DNA from: Tubiluchus corallicola
Taxonomy: Eukaryota; Animalia; Priapulida
Direction: 5' to 3'
Length of the DNA: 64,000 nt
Assembly: GCA_030141605.1 (NCBI GenBank)
Contig: JAQGDQ010000072.1
Location: 62,001-126,000 of the forward strand
Position 1 is the first letter of the stretch; each line of letters starts with the position of its first letter. The translations under genes were made by a program, and so were the position numbers. Below the pieces are notes generated by a model that searched no databases, was not told the origin of the DNA, and saw only the letters and a program-made list of their open reading frames with translations. Shown in pieces: positions 1 to 12,339 of the stretch.

Positions 1-829
1 CCGCCTGAGTCGAATTCAGTCCAGTATCTTCTCCTGAAATAACTTTTCAAAAACACACTAACTTTTATTGTCAAAGCTTATATATATTGCTCGGAAAAAT
101 ATTTACGACCTAAGTGTTTGATATGTTTTTATGAGTTTTTTCTTTGGCGTGAATAACGTCCGTAACCTGTAGCAGAATTTAGTGGCAATCAACTGAAGAG
201 CAGTGATATAACCTGACGGAATTGTCAACAAGGATGTCCAAACTAAGTAGTATCAATTCCTTTTGGAATTCTTCTTTCAAACTGCAGCAGCGATGATTTT
301 CGTTTACCATTTGCATAAAGCTGTTCCCAGTACCCTTCAGGTGAGCTAATGAAAAGACTTATAATAGGCGCATTATACGGTTAAATTGTATTCATTTCCT
401 TAGGGAAGACGTGAAGGTGTATTTAACTGTGTGGTTTATGTAATCTGACAATGTACATCCATTAGAAGTTATCTCCCCACGGGCAGACGCGACGAATTGA
501 GGCATTGAAAATAAAAGTATAACTGTGATGATGAAATGCTCAATATAGACCTAATCACGAATTTCAGTAAGGAATAATACTACGTGGAAGGGAAGAGCTG
601 CGTTTAGTAATGCATTTAATATGTGTCAACGAACGTATTACGTTTAAATAGACGCATGCTGTGCGCATTTTGCGAGCCCATGAAATTTCTGAGTGCTAAA
701 TTAAAGTTAAGCAACGGTGCAAAAACCCAGGTTAAGAACCAAGATAAGTGAAAACTTAATTCGTTTCAAGATTGCAAACAACTAGCCAAACGCCGTAAAA
801 AGAATTTTGCACATAAATTCACAAAAACC

Positions 830-1055
830 CGCACCACACTACACCACACAACCACCCAGACCACACTTTACCACATCAACCTCGCAAACCACACCATTCA
901 CAGCACAACACCCACAACACACTCGCCACATCACACCCACCACTTCAATTCCACCACATCACACGGTGATCACGATATTGATGACGACGATAATGATGAC
1001 GACAACAATGACGACACCTACAGCACCAACACCAACAGCACAACAAAACCATTCA
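830..1055. repeat. Low-complexity CA-rich / (GAC,GAT)n simple repeat region
   Basis: Degenerate ACC/ACA/CAC runs followed by GATGACGAC triplets. These explain the spurious Thr/His-rich ORF 807-1103. Confidence 0.8.
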
Positions 1056-1787
1056 AAATTGTGTGCTATAACACTTTTAGGCGCATCTACCAATAATCAA
1101 TAATGTGCGGACATTATACACTAATTACGTTTGCTGCTTCTCAGATGATAATAGGCTAACAGAACCTACATGTAAAATCTATAACACTCAAGGACGACGG
1201 GTGAAGACAATGCATGGAACAGCCACGTGACTTCTCAAATTCTAAGACAATGGATGTTCCAAATAGCGTGCAGTACAGGGGGTAGAAAAAGAACTTCGAA
1301 ATACATTCCTCCCATTTCGTCCAGTATACATCTCTCCTAGTGAAGCCAACCACACCTTATAGACCGTTTCGTCTTCTTTCTGCTGGTGTGCTTATTTTTT
1401 TCCAAGCCTACCCAGACAGTTGCGCAAATTGAGTTTTTCTAGCGGCTGTTTGAGCAATTTTCCGCAAAATTTGCGTGGTTTGGTCCGGGGAAAACACCCG
1501 TAGCGCGCATTAGTGACCCCCCCCCCGCGAAATCTAAATATAACTATTACACCCACCGCTGAATGGGCTATTCAACTATTACAAGCACCACCCGCGGCCC
1601 ATTCCGGATCTGTAGAAATAAGAGGTATAAGTTTTGCAAAAAACGGGCAAAAATGGACCTAGTGGGCCCATTCGAAAAATAAACCCCCAGGTGCGAACCT
1701 AAGGGTGAAGACTTTTTATTTGACGTATAGATGTCAAAAATGGTGCCATCATCGGAGCTGTAGCCTCGATTGTCGCTTAACTGAGAC

Positions 1788-4700
1788 TGATGTTCGTACT
1801 TCGAATCGAAGATGACCATAGTGACAGGGATGAAGGGTCAGTTTGGGGGGGTTGTCATTCCTTTGATGGGCTCGAAGGTGACTGACTAGGCCAATTCTGG
1901 CTTGGAAACTTCTTTGGCATTTGGCACAGATGAGGCTGGGTGTTTTGACCTGTTGATGGGCAGTGTCACATGCCTTGCGTCTCCTGCGCTTCTCCACTGC
2001 CTCCTCAATTCTTTTTGCCTCTGCTGTCTTAGCCCCTGTGGTGATGGTACTCCGCCATGCTGAGTGATCTTGTGCAAGGGTTTCCATTGAGCGGATATCC
2101 ATGCTGAGCTCCTTGAGTGAGGCCTTCAGGCTGCCTTTGAAGCGTTTCTTTGGTTGTCCAACCTTTTTCTTTCTAGACACAAGTTCTCCATAGAGCTTCT
2201 CCTTTATTATGCAGTTGTCTGGCATGTGAATCACATGTCCTGCCCACCGAACTTTGTTTTGAGGACGAGTGTATGGATGCTGGGGAGGTCAGCTCTTTTA
2301 AGAACCTCTGTGTCTGGCATCTTGTCCTGCCACTTGATGTGCAGGATTTTCCTCAGACAGCCCATGTGAAAGTGGTTAAGCCGTTTTGCGTGTCTCCTAT
2401 ATAATGTCCAGGATTTGCTGGCATAGAGGAGAGTGGTGATGACGACAGCTCTATACACCTTCAATTTTGTGGTGGTTCTGAAACCTTTCCTGTCCCATAC
2501 GTTGGAGCAGAGTCTTCCAAATGAAGCACTAGCCTTGGCAATTCTGTTGTTGATTTCTGTATCGATGTGAGCAGCTGTGGTAAGAGTGCTCCCCAGGTAT
2601 GTGAAGCTGTCAACAGAGATAAGTTCTTGACCATTCACTAAGATCTTTGGCTGAACCTGTGGGGCGTCTGGGGTTGGGTTTTCTTTGAAATGATTGTTAG
2701 GCCGTAGTTCTTGCAGGCTGATGCAAAGTGATCCATCTATTTTTGCATTTGTTCTTGGGAACTGGGACTGAACGTGCAGTCATCAGCAAAGAGAAAGTCT
2801 TTGACTGTGGTTACATGGGCCTTGATGGTAGCTTGCAAGCGCCTGGAGTTGAAGCGGCTGCCATCCGTTCTGTATTTTATCTTAATGCCATCCTGGGTGT
2901 TTTCAAAAGCATCATGTAACATGGCAGAGAACATCATGCGGAAGAGTGTTGGAGCGAGTACACAGCCCTTTTTTACCCCATTTGTTACTTTAAAGGCTTC
3001 AGACACGTCTCGATCATGTAGGACTCTGACCATCACGCCTTCATGAAACTGCCGCACAATATCAATAAACTTCTTTGGGCATCCATATTTTTCCATGATC
3101 TTCCAGAGGCCATTTCTTATGACAGTATTAAAAGCCTTGGTGAGGTCTATGAATGTTGTGAATAGGCTGACGTTCTATTCTTGGCACTTCTCTTGAAGTT
3201 GTCTTGCAGCAAAGATCATATCCACCATTCCTCTGCCTGCTCTAAAGCCACACTGGCTCTCTGGGAGAAGGTCTTTTTCCAGGTGCAACAACAGTCGATT
3301 TAGTAGGACACGCGCCAGGATCTTACCATTATGGGCAGCCGAGATATGCCTCTGTGGTTGTCACATGACTGCCTATTCCCTTTTCGTTTGTAAATGTGAA
3401 CAACTGTAGCATCTCGGAGGTCTTGAGCAAGTTTGCTTTCTTCCCACATCAGCTGGAATAGGTCGGTAAGATCTTGTAACATTGCTGCCCCCCTGTCTTG
3501 TAAATTTCGGCTGGTATTCCATCAGCACCTGGTGCTTTGCCATGAGAGGTTTGTTCAATGGCTTTGTCGATCTCCTCTAGTGTTGGTGGTTGATCTAGGT
3601 ATTCATTTATTTCCATTTGGGGTAGTCGGTCTATTGCTTCTGCATTTATGGATGATGGTCGGTTTAGAACAGTGTTGAAATGTTCTGCCCATCTTTCTAG
3701 GATGTCAGATTTGTCAGTGAGCAACTGTGTTCCATCTGCGTTGAGGAGTGGTGAAGTCCCAGATGGTTGTGGACCGTAGATTGACTTGAGGGCATCATAG
3801 AACTTTTTTGAGTTGTTGGTGTCAGCGTAGTGTTGTATTTCTTTTGCTTTCCTTGACAGCCAAGTGTCTTGCATTTCACGGAGTTTCCTTTGCACCTCAT
3901 TGCATTTATGTATGAATGCTGCCCTCTTCGCTTCTGATGTGGGGTCATTTTTGTGTGCTCTAAGCAGATGGTGTTTGGATGCTATCAAAGTAATAATTTC
4001 AGGATCGTTTTCATCAAACCAGTCTTGATGTTTTTTCGTAGCAACCCCTAGATGTTTACGGGCTGTTGAGTAGACTAGGTCTCTGAAGTGCTCCCATTTC
4101 TGGTCAACAGTAGTGGCGTCTTGAGATGACTCCGGGATCTTTTTGTCAAGACTTTGGGAGAAGCTGCTAGCAGTTTCCTTATTTTGAAGTTTCCCAACAT
4201 CCAGTTTCTTCATGGTCTTTTTGCCTTGTGGCCGCCTTTCAGGTTTGGATATGAGGAGATGATGATCTGTCCAGCACTCTGCACCTCTCATTCCTTTGGT
4301 CACCCTCACGTCTTGCCAATCTTTCTTCCTGACAATGATGTAGTCTATCAGGTGCCAATGTTTTGATCTTGGATGCATCCAGGTTGTTTTATTGCGCTTG
4401 GAAAGACAGAATAGTGTGTTTGGGATGATGAGTTCATGGGTTGCACATGTCTTTAATAGCAGGATCCCATTGCTGTTACATTTTCCCACTCCTTGTGTGC
4501 CAATAACTCCTTCCCATGATTGGTGATCTGTACACACTCTAGCATTGAAATCCCCAACTAGTATGAGCTTGTCTGATGTTGGAACATTTGCAATGGTAGC
4601 ATCTATCTGTTAATAAAACTGACTGCAAATCCAACTCCTGCCTTCTTTTCTCACCTGATGGTTTCCCACTCCAAAAGAAAGTGTATCCGCCGCCAGCTTC

Positions 4701-5425
4701 AGAGAGTTGTCCTTTCTCTGCAAGGCATGTTTCACTGAGGGCAGCTATGTCAATTTTGTATCTTTGTAATTCTTTTGCTACAAGCGCAGTTCTTCTTTCA
4801 GGTCTGTTGGTGTTGCCATTGTCGAGTAGTGTCCTGACATTCCAGGCACCCAGTGTTAGTGTTGCTTTGACCGCACAGATGGGATTTCCTGCCAGCCACA
4901 GCTTGTTGGACCAGGAAAGTGTTGAGGCAGGCTATGCTTGGGACGCCTTTTCTAGTCCGCTCCCCATGCTACGGGGGTGAGCAGAGCGTTCCTGAAGAGG
5001 GCTGCTCGGTCGCCCAGGAGGCTGCCGAACTCCGCTGCTGCCTCAGTCAGTTGAGAGCGACCACATGCCCTGAGCCGCCTGTGTGTAGGTTTGTGACTGC
5101 AGCTTGAGTGTAATCCGCACTTGCTGGATCGCCACTCCTCCGTCGCCACAGAGGGTAAAGCCACAAGGCAGTGGAGGTTTGCGATCGGTGCTTTCCTTCA
5201 CCTAGATGGATTGCTGGCCAAGGCTAAGGAGCCCCATCTACCAGCCTGCACTGAAAGATATTATTCTAGTTAACCCATAGTTGGGTGATGGGTTATGGGT
5301 TATTTAACCCATATGGAATGGTGAGTGCCTTTCAGCACTGCACTTCTGGGGCTCCATAATGCTCCGAGATCCCCTGCTGAATAGCTGATTAGCCTGCTCC
5401 TGCAATGGGGCAGTTACCAGATCGC
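1788..5425 (-). mobile_element. RTE-clade (BovB-like) non-LTR retrotransposon, near full length, frameshifted
   Basis: APE start LTLGAWNVRTLLD..RPERRTALVAKELQRYKIDIAALSET (~4870-4725). Further motifs: [59 protein letters not shown]-terminal C2H2 finger CAKCQRSFQARIGLVSHLRAH, and a 3' end GGTCATCTTCGATTCGAAG..GAACATC. The 5' UTR has BovB-like motifs GGTAGATGGGGCTC and CTGGTAACTGCC. The coding region is split over ORFs 3449-4537, 3300-3482, 2737-3096, 2231-2638 and 1749-2234. Confidence 0.95.
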
Positions 5426-5435
5426 GCCTCGTGGA

Positions 5436-6647
5436 GGTTACATTAATTGAGAAGAAAATGTAAAACAACAGTAGTAAGAGTAAAATTACAGAATTAAGTA
5501 ACACGCCAGACGTCTACCCCATCGCGCTCCATGCCAGTTGTCATTGCAGAACAGGTGCTGAGGTGGAAGACGCACCTGCCTGTCAGCGCACTGAACCGAC
5601 GAGGCCATTCCATACCAGCTACTTATAGCTGCTATGCAACGCTGATATGCAATGGCTTCGTAATGGATGAAATTATCACAATGTAGAGGGGGAGGGTGGA
5701 AAATAAAGGGCATTTTGCTTTCGTAACACTACTATTTCTCTTCTTTGAGACGATAGTAGATCGGGAAGCTCTTTGCGTCCCTTCACGTAACTACTCCCAA
5801 ATGTACGAACCCGGCGAATTGTTAGACTGGCTATAGCGTCCATACTGCCGACATCATCGTCAAACCAAGCGAGTTCAGCATGTGACGAGGCACTCGGTGA
5901 CTGCGGAACTGGTCCTCACGATACGTCTACACATCGACGTAACTGTTTCCAAGATTCAACCATTAATTTAAAAACAACTGTCCAGGTGCAGCTACAGCAA
6001 GTACAGACTACCCTTTGTACTATACAACATCTATCCACAACATACTAGAACTGTATCCTCGTAAGTAAATCACGAGGCCACTGTAAAAAGGCGCATAGCC
6101 TGCTAATGAGGACTGAAAACTCCAGTTTTTGAAGAACCAACTAAGATGTGTTGAGAACCCATACAAATTCACAGCTACTGGCGACGATGAAAGAAAACCG
6201 TCATACTGCACACACCGTCATACCGGCGGTTCCACATCATAGCGGCGTTTTGGTGCTGTTCTTTTGCCGATTTAAGGTTGCAAGTTCGAATCTGCTGGGG
6301 GCAGCTTAGGACTACTGCCCCCCGTACTGGCCACCAATGTAACGATGAGCAGATGGTGCTGATACGCCAATTGACACATAATTGAGAAGAAAACGTAAAA
6401 CAATAGTAGTAAGAGTAAAATTACTGAATTAAGTAACACGCCAGACGTCTACCCCATCGTGCTCCATGCCAGTTGTCATTGCGGAACAGGTGCTGAGGTG
6501 GAAGACGCACCTGCCCGTCAGCCCACTGAACCATTACAGCCTACTTATAGCTGCCATGCAACGCTGATATGCAATCGCTTCGTAATGGATGAAACCATCA
6601 CAATGTAGAGGGGAGGGTCGAAAATAAAGGGCATTTCGCCTTCGTAA

Positions 6648-6649
<2 letters not shown>
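5436..6649 (-). mobile_element. Miniature non-coding LTR retrotransposon (TRIM-like), element A
   Basis: Direct repeats 6338-6649 (5' LTR, TGTTACG...CGTTACA on -) and ~5436-5729 (3' LTR, U5 tip diverged). PBS TGGTGGCCAGTACGGGG at 6336-6320. Purine tract AAAGAAGAGAAATAGTG at 5746-5730 lies directly before the 3' LTR. The ~600-bp internal region has no ORF. No clear TSD. Confidence 0.88.

Positions 6650-6650
<1 letters not shown>

Positions 6651-6713
<63 letters not shown>
6651..6713. repeat. (TA)n microsatellite
   Basis: Direct reading. Confidence 0.99.
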
Positions 6714-6715
<2 letters not shown>

Positions 6716-8332
6716 CAGTAAGGTAGCATGAGATAAGAAGTAAGCCTCTCTAAGTCTTGTATTAAAGTAGATGACGAACAAGATCAGAATCTGCCAGACG
6801 AATTAAATGAGTTCTACTCTAGATTTGATAAAAGGGTTTCTGATTATCCAACCGGGGCCACCACTGAAATAGGCATTGATGATTTTAAAATCGAAATTCA
6901 ACAAATTGCTAAGATTTTTCGGAAGCTAAACACATCGAAAGCAATGGGATCAGTGCATAAAAACAACCAGCCCATCTGTTTTAAATAACTACAGGCCCGT
7001 GGCCCTCACCCGTGGCCGGGTAGCTTTTAAATGTCTGGAAATAATAATTCGTTGTACGATTAGAGCATATCCAAAACCTCATATATTGATACCTGCTGTT
7101 TGCCTACCAAGAAAGGCATTCCATCGATGATGCTGCCACTCTGACATTGATACATATGTTGAGTCAACATTTGGACAGACCTAATACCTATGCCAAATCC
7201 TTATTTATCGATTTCAGTTCAGCATTTTACGCCATATTACCTGATGTATTGATAACTAAATTAAAGAATTTTAATGCACCTGAAATATTGTGCAAATGGG
7301 TGTTCAGTTTTCTTACATGTAAGCTTCAGTACGTCAAAGTAAATAATCACTTTTCAAAACCACTTGTTGCAAATACTGGGTAGATATATTACAAAATATG
7401 CTGATTACTGCAATTACGGGTATAGTAGCGAAGGAAGATATAAATTAAGACGTGAAATACATGACCTTGAAATCTGGTGTAAAAAGCATAATTTGCTTCT
7501 AAATGCAGGGAACACAAAAGAAGTAGTTATTAACTTTGGGCGTAAAAATACTCCAGAAATGAGACAAGTTATAATCGACAGCAAAAGTGCTGAGATTGTT
7601 GGTGAGTTTAAATATCTAAGTGTTTAGGTAGTCATGGGAAAACAAACATTAGCCATTTACATAAAAATGTATGTGTAGAATTTATTATCTTAGAAAACTC
7701 AAAGAAAGTAAAGTTGAATCAAGGACGATGATTGTATTTTACACATGTATTGTGCAATCTCTTATCATGTACTGCTGCGTTGTGTGAAACCAGAATCTTA
7801 CTAATGATGATGAATATGTTTTAAATTAATTTACTTATATTTGCTGGTAAGGTTTGTGTGGTACTTCAGTCCTATACTGGAAGAGCAAAAATCATACTGT
7901 ATTATAAATGACCCAACTAACCCTCTTGCATCAAATTTTGAAAAACTGAATTCTGGCAGGTATAAAAGCCCTATTTGTAAAATAAATAGATTTCTGAACT
8001 CTTTCATTCCAAGTGCTGTAATACAATTCAATTATAACTTCAAGCGATAACCAGTTCCCTAGTTTCTGTGATGATCAATTAATTTTACTCTACTGGTTTT
8101 ATAAGTTTTATGATCTACTAATTTTACTCTAATTTTACTCTACATGGATATGAGGCGACATTTATGATTAGCTCATTTTTGGTTGTTTTGATCTTGGGCA
8201 CCTTCGTACGTTTTTAACTATTTTAGTGAGATTTTTTTAATGAGCCACATGAAATTGATATACGTGATTACCGAAAGGCATAATAAATTCTTATTTTATC
8301 TTACCTTATCTTATGTTATCTTATCTTATCTT
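6714..8332 (+). mobile_element. Rex1/Babar-like LINE, 5'-truncated and decayed
   Basis: LPDELNEFYSRFD (~6790), NYRPVALT (~6985), HLDRPNTYAKSLFIDFSSAF, WCKKHNLLLNAGNTKEVVINF, FKYL, RFLNSFIPSAV. 3' AATAAA followed by a (TCTTA)n tail at 8282-8332. Confidence 0.85.
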
Positions 8333-8559
8333 AATAAATAAATTCTATTTGATAAAAAAGAGAATTAGAGCCTGAAATTAAATAATCTTATTACACATGT
8401 TATTAAACATCTATAAGAATAAAGGGAAAAGCATTAGATAGATTCATTTGTGACAGTCATTTTACAGTTTTAGTCAAAAAATGTCTGGAAAAGGCAGCAT
8501 AGACTAATTCAGTATTTCAGTATAGTAGACTGCCAATAAAATAATATGATACTATAAAC

Positions 8560-8763
8560 ATTCGTTGCGTTAACAACAATAACGAGGTTAAAGGTCACTT
8601 TACCGTTGCCTCAGCCCCTACCCTAGGTGTCTAACCTGCATGTTTGGTGACTCTAGTTACCATGGTTTTGAAGTTGTTCATTGTTGTTACAGGAAAATAA
8701 TAAAGAATATAAACGTCTGAAAACCCATAAAGTTTTGTACTATGTGCAGAATTTTAATAATAA
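8560..8763 (-). mobile_element. Probable Helentron-type non-autonomous element 5' fragment
   Basis: The minus strand reads ATTAAAATTCTGCACATAGTACAAAACTTTA, an imperfect palindrome, then GTTTTC and a TTA-rich tract. This is the same layout as the element at 53618. Confidence 0.45.
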
Positions 8764-8940
8764 CGATACTGTTAAAAATGCTAGAACCAGTATTTCTAAC
8801 GCTAGTTTCAGAGACAAAGTGTAATGAGTTTTTCTTGTATTCAGGTGCTAAGCCAAACAAGGATTAGTACATCATAATTAATTTATGATAGTTTATTCTT
8901 TGTTTTAAGGGATTGTATTTTAATTTACTTAGAAGTTAGA

Positions 8941-9048
8941 ACACGCACGCACTCGCACTCGCACACGCACACGTACACGCACACGTACACGCACACGCAC
9001 ACGCACACACACACACACACACTCACCCACACGCACACACACACGCAC
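8941..9048. repeat. (CACGCA)n/(CA)n microsatellite
   Basis: Direct reading. Confidence 0.95.
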
Positions 9049-9232
9049 TACCTGATCTCATGTAAAGGAGAAGGATTATTTGTCGCACAAACTGGAAAGA
9101 TTTAAGCAGGTAAAATTAAAACAAGCTGCTTTAAAAGTCGGATGTTAACAGGTCTTTAGCTATAATGACAAATCTGCAAGCACTCAAGTGTCTCGGTTGA
9201 AACTTTCTACCGAGTGGTTTATTGCTATAGCC

Positions 9233-9642
9233 CAGTGGTTCCCAAAGTAGGGTTAAATTACCCCCTGGGGGTAATATGTTTTTTTGGGGGGTAATGGGCA
9301 CCCCTCTGAAAATTTTTAAAACTTCGCTCGGAATGCATTTTATGTAGTTTTCTTCTTGAAGAGACTGCCTCCGGCAGGCAACACTGTGTCATGGGGTCCA
9401 TCATTCGTTTGTTCGAGTAATAATTAGCAGGTTCAGTAATTGTAATTCTTGTTTTGGCAACAATAGAACAACAACACCTGGAAATTTATTTATGTCACGA
9501 GCAAACATAAATAATTTTGCTTGCTTGTGGCATATACGTGTGTTTAATTTTTGAGTTGGAGAAGTAGTACTAGGTGGGGGGTAATGGAAACGACCGGGTT
9601 TCCCGATTTGGGTAACGGTCCGAGAAAGTTTGGGAACCACTG
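9233..9642. mobile_element. hAT (Charlie-like) MITE, 410 bp
   Basis: TIRs CAGTGGTTCCCAAA / TTTGGGAACCACTG. Perfect 8-bp TSD CTATAGCC at 9225-9232 and 9643-9650. Subterminal GGGGTAA motifs. Confidence 0.95.
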
Positions 9643-9792
9643 CTATAGCCAAATGGGAGTTAGGAAGAACTTATACGTTGGTTTGTACCTAAGTGTTAAC
9701 CAGCATGCAAATTGTCATTGCACCACGCTTAGAGCTTACTTTGGACTTCGTCTAGATTAGTAACTCTTTCTAGGGCCTTGACTTAACATTAA

Positions 9793-9960
9793 GTTTGGTA
9801 CAGGTAAATTTGTTACAAGGAATTTTTGGTACCGGGAAAAAGGTAGTGGTAAATACAGTACTGGTGAAGTTTTGTCAAGTAAATCCAGTTTAGTAGTGGA
9901 AAAGTTTTGTGCTAGGAAAATTTGATGTAGAGAAAGTTTGGTACAAGGAAAGTTGGATCA
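9793..9960 (+). repeat. Degenerate ~15-bp-period array (GGTACAGGTAAATTT-like), probable DNA-transposon subterminal repeats
   Basis: Recurring TTTGGTACA(A/G)G..AA units, related to the arrays at 14215 and 22750. Confidence 0.6.
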
Positions 9961-9979
9961 TATGAAAATATCTTTTATA

Positions 9980-10075
9980 TAACCGACTCGAAAAATTAGA
10001 GAGATTCACATTGTTGCATTTGTTTTTATTTGTTTTTTGTCCGTTTGTTTGTTTGTCTGTTGTTTGTTATACGTC
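9980..10075 (+). mobile_element. Helitron/Helentron-like non-autonomous element 5' fragment
   Basis: TAACCGACTCGAAAAA..GAGAG start followed by a (GTTT)n tract, resembling DINE/HINE-type heads. Confidence 0.4.
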
Positions 10076-10155
10076 ATTGTTTTTTAGCGAAAATTGAAAC
10101 ACGACACTGAGTTGCAAGAATGAGAATGAAACACTACATAGGATGCTTTCACCTC

Positions 10156-10335
10156 TTCGACATCCCTATACACCCCCTCACCTTGTAAAGCCTCGCCGTA
10201 TACCGCAATGTAATGTGTCGGCTCATTATGCAGTACTTTGTCATATACCGTTTTGCGGTCTATTGCATCGCAGTACATGGTGAGTTGGTACATGATACTA
10301 CGGTACATGACGAGGGGGTACAAGGAGATGTAGAA
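10156..10335. mobile_element. Small foldback/MITE-like element built of 15-bp units
   Basis: Left TCGACATCCCTATACACCCCCTCACCTTGTA resembles the reverse complement of the right end (TCTACATCTCCTTGTACCCCCTCGTCATGTA). GTACATG recurs every 15 bp. Confidence 0.6.
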
Positions 10336-11769
10336 ATAACGTCAATTGTTAGCCGAGATAATGGTCAGGAATTAAATCGGTAACATGGATATTTTCGGCA
10401 TTTATTTAAAACGAGGTAAAATTAATTTCAATCAGTTACCGGGTGCAAATAATCATCAGTAGATAAACAACAGAAGGATGCACTCGAAAAAATAATTGAC
10501 ACCCGTTAAAATACAGTTATGATGTTTAAGTAATAGATGTCGAGGAAAAATTAACGAAATTAGGCTTCCCCGTTAATATTTTTTCACATGAGTTAATCTC
10601 AGTATGTATATTTTTCTTTAGCTATTTTACATCTTAGTTCACTTTGTGGCATGGTCTAAATTTCGGTGCTGTTTTCCTTGATACACATGTATTTTGTCCG
10701 CAACATTTAAACCCGATTAACATGATTTAACTACAAGTCATTAGAAAATCGTTTTGTTAAAAATGCAATAGAAAGTGACATTTTGTAAACAAGTAGTTTT
10801 TTTAAATTTCACTTGTTGCATGTTTTAGTTATTTTTTTCATTTTCACTACAATTCTACAAAGCCATTCTAGCGAAGCCAGAAAAAAATCTATTCGGCACG
10901 CTTGTTACTGTATTCACCAGAACACTCACTCGATAGCCAATACATTTACAGGCAGATGTCTCGATGATGATCCGAAATATACAGAAATTTGCATTTTGAA
11001 ATAATAATGTGCAACAATTCGGTTAAATTAATAGGATCTGTGGATCGCATGAGCATGAAATGGTTTTATGCATTTCACAAGTAATGCATTATCTAAGTGA
11101 AGATTCATGGTAAAGATAAAATGACAGACAGTAGACAGATGCAGCGTTGCTCGTTCAGACTCATAAATAAGCAGATATCAAATAATTAAGTCACAATTGC
11201 AAATTAAGTCCTGCAAGGAAAAAGCAAGATAAAAAGAAGATTATACGTATGCCTCTTAAGAAGACTAGAAATTGGAATACACTGCTTGAAACAAACTTAT
11301 ACACGCAGAAACTCTAAGTATGTACTACTAAGTCGGTAAGGAACTCAAAGCAACACATTTAAACAGACTTACATAAGATTAGTTTAATTACTTAGTGGGT
11401 TTTATAGATCTACCAAATCAAGATTTTATTACATGTATGTGGTTTTGTAATTTTTGCATTTTATATTGCGCTGTATTAATATATTGTGCAAGTTGTACTT
11501 GTCACTTTAGTTGCTTTTTTAATACATTACTAAAAGCTCATTAATTTTGCTCACTGGCACATATTTTCTGATTTTATAGATCCTTTTTGCATTTTTAACG
11601 AGAAATATATATCTGTTTGGCTAAATCTGTCTGTCAGCCTGCCTGCCTTACATTATATAACATTCTCTTTTTGCTTTAAGCAGTATTCTCCCTTTTTTAG
11701 TACAGTCTTTAGCTTGGTCCACAATTTTCGGTGTGTTTCTAAGCAAGGTGTGTTTCTTGAGTTGTAGTG

Positions 11770-12150
11770 GCTGAGTCACGTGCGTATGGAAAATTTTTTA
11801 GCTAAGGGCCCAAAAACCGAAAATGGGAGGATATAGTGAACAGTCTTTAGGGTTGAGTAACTCTAGTGTGTAATATATCAAATGAAAGTCCCCAGTGAGA
11901 CAAATTAAGTGATATAGGTTGACCCGAGACTAAAAGACACCTGACAGATATAAAACTGTAAGGTTTGATTTCATTCTAATTAAACGTAATTCCTGGGTAA
12001 TCAAGCATGATGAATTCAGAAAAGTCAGTATTATGACCTTCAAGTAACTTTTAAGGTCATTTCAAGGTCAAATTGTAGAATAACGAATTTTAATGATGGA
12101 GAATGAGCTGCGCCCGCGCATAGGCAAAAGGCGCCTACTTTCTTGCTGGC
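11770..12150 (+). mobile_element. Helentron-type non-autonomous element fragment related to 53618-54705
   Basis: Shares CGTGCG..AAATTTTT..GCTA.GG..CAAAAACCGAAAA and ATATCAAATGAAAG..GAGAC motifs with 54200-54330. Also has AAGGTCA motifs. Confidence 0.6.
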
Positions 12151-12339
12151 TTTTTTGTTGTTTATGCTGGCTTCTAATTTTGATCGCTTGTTTGATTACG
12201 TGCTACTCCCGGTTGTTGTATGTTTTCGCTAGTATCTTTTCATGCTTTGTCATTATCTGTTCACTGATTCATCGTGGTCATACTAATTTATTTCTAACCT
12301 GTTGGAGTCGCTGACTGTGAGGGTTTTTTCCCCGTTGAT

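Noticed and set aside
807-1103. Thr/His/Pro-rich mucin-like ORF
   Set aside because: Non-ATG start, and it is simply a translation of simple repeats.
6236-6305. Intact tRNA gene
   Set aside because: Only a T-arm/B-box-like motif is present. No acceptor stem or anticodon arm can be built.
10084-10323. Pentapeptide-repeat protein
   Set aside because: The periodicity is at the DNA level and the segment is an imperfect palindrome, which fits a foldback element better.
10813-11004. Hydrophobic N-terminus plus 4 Cys resembling a secreted peptide
   Set aside because: Starts at TTG, the hydrophobicity comes from a T-rich tract, and there is no convincing splice or promoter context.
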